A stretch of DNA of 64,000 nucleotides from contig CAWJHG010000005.1 in the NCBI GenBank assembly GCA_963842585.1, positions 285,652 through 349,651 of the forward strand, written 5' to 3'. Under the pieces are notes generated by a model. The model was not told the DNA's origin. It saw only the letters and a list, made by a program, of their open reading frames with translations, and ran no database searches. Position 1 is the stretch's first letter. Each line of letters begins with the position of its first letter. This document shows, one piece after another, positions 63,471 to 64,000 of this stretch. The position numbers and the translations under genes are program-made. This stretch comes from Candidatus Acidiferrales bacterium. Its GTDB lineage: Bacteria; Acidobacteriota; Terriglobia; Acidiferrales; UBA7541.

Positions 63471-64000
63471 GGAGGTTTTCGGGGGCGCACTGGAACGCAA
63501 CGTCAGTGAGCGCGCTGCCTTTCTGGATCAAGCGTGCGGAGATGACCAGTCTCTGCGGCAAGAAGTAGAGTCGCTAATCAAGGCACACGAATCCAGCAGT
63601 GATCTGTCGCAATTCCCACTTCAGCCGGGACCGCCGGAAAACATCGAAGGCCGGTTCATCGGTTCGTATCAGCTTCTGAAGAAAATTGGCGAAGGCGGAA
63701 TGGGGCAAGTGTGGCTGGCTCAGCAGAGCGCGCCCCTGCAACGGAAGGTTGCACTCAAACTGGTCCGCTGGGGTATGTACGACGAGACGCTTCTCCATCG
63801 CTCCCGTGCCGAGCGGCAATCTCTCGCGGTCATGAACCACCCGGCGATCGCCAAGGTTTTCGACGCCGGAGCTACCTCCGAGGGCCAGCCGTACTTCGTG
63901 ATGGAGTATGTCGACGGCGTGCCCATTACCGACTACTGCAACCAGAAGAAATTAAATATCGCCGACCGGCTGGAGTTGTTGATCAAGGTGTGCGAAGGCG
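63439..64000 (+). CDS. serine/threonine protein kinase, 5' part (continues beyond window)
   Basis: The frame is open from GTG 63439 (after GAGGCGAGG) to the window end. N-terminal segment WEKIKEVFGGALE...RAAFLDQACGDDQSLRQEVESLI, then kinase subdomains I-II: IGEGGMGQVWLAEQ...VALKLV...PYFVMEYVDG. It overlaps the sigma gene's 3' end. Confidence 0.8.
   Translation, partial: MESKQEWEKIKEVFGGALERNVSERAAFLDQACGDDQSLRQEVESLIKAHESSSDLSQFPLQPGPPENIEGRFIGSYQLLKKIGEGGMGQVWLAQQSAPLQRKVALKLVRWGMYDETLLHRSRAERQSLAVMNHPAIAKVFDAGATSEGQPYFVMEYVDGVPITDYCNQKKLNIADRLELLIKVCEG

Noticed and set aside
1-64000. Search for CRISPR arrays, rRNA genes, and additional tRNAs or tmRNA.
   Set aside because: No regularly spaced direct repeats of CRISPR type, no rRNA-like conserved segments and no further cloverleaf-compatible sequence were noticed on manual reading. 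The scan was not exhaustive.

Overview
64-kb, mostly high-GC bacterial chromosome segment. Gene content (hopanoid operon, ECF sigma plus Ser/Thr kinase, many secreted Ig/Kelch proteins) suggests Acidobacteriota, but that is inference only. Bases 1-36 kb look core-like. They carry an LpxD-like tail and a tightly packed hopanoid operon: shc, an HpnH homolog lacking the radical-SAM cysteines, hpnA, hpnG, two Zn-dependent dehydrogenases, a fused hpnC-hpnD and hpnE. They also carry DUF72, HPF, and glgP-glgX translationally coupled to a REC-PP2C / STAS / anti-sigma-kinase / PHP partner-switching set. The rest is an M16 peptidase, assorted oxidoreductases, Mop, a membrane PP2C, a methyltransferase and a beta-lactamase-family hydrolase. 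An intact tRNA-Lys(UUU) lies at 37018-37092. Its last 23 nt recur exactly at 54996 and 56635. These repeats delimit an ~18-kb integrative island ending in RHH-Xis-Int, plus a 1.6-kb integrase-less remnant carrying an XRE/nucleotidyltransferase-fold pair. A frameshifted integrase remnant sits just 5' of the tRNA. The island carries a choloylglycine-hydrolase-family gene, two adjacent IS110-family transposases and a ligD / ku / MerR-TPR NHEJ module. It also carries a run of small orphan ORFs separated by a recurring, co-oriented junction motif (GATTAACGCCGTTACCG-like; a long form includes a 44-nt exact repeat). This looks like a cassette array but does not fit classical attC. The right end holds four secreted Ig-like/Kelch lipoprotein genes divergent from an ECF sigma factor and a Ser/Thr kinase. 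No rRNA or CRISPR was seen. Many long antisense ORFs in the track are high-GC artefacts.
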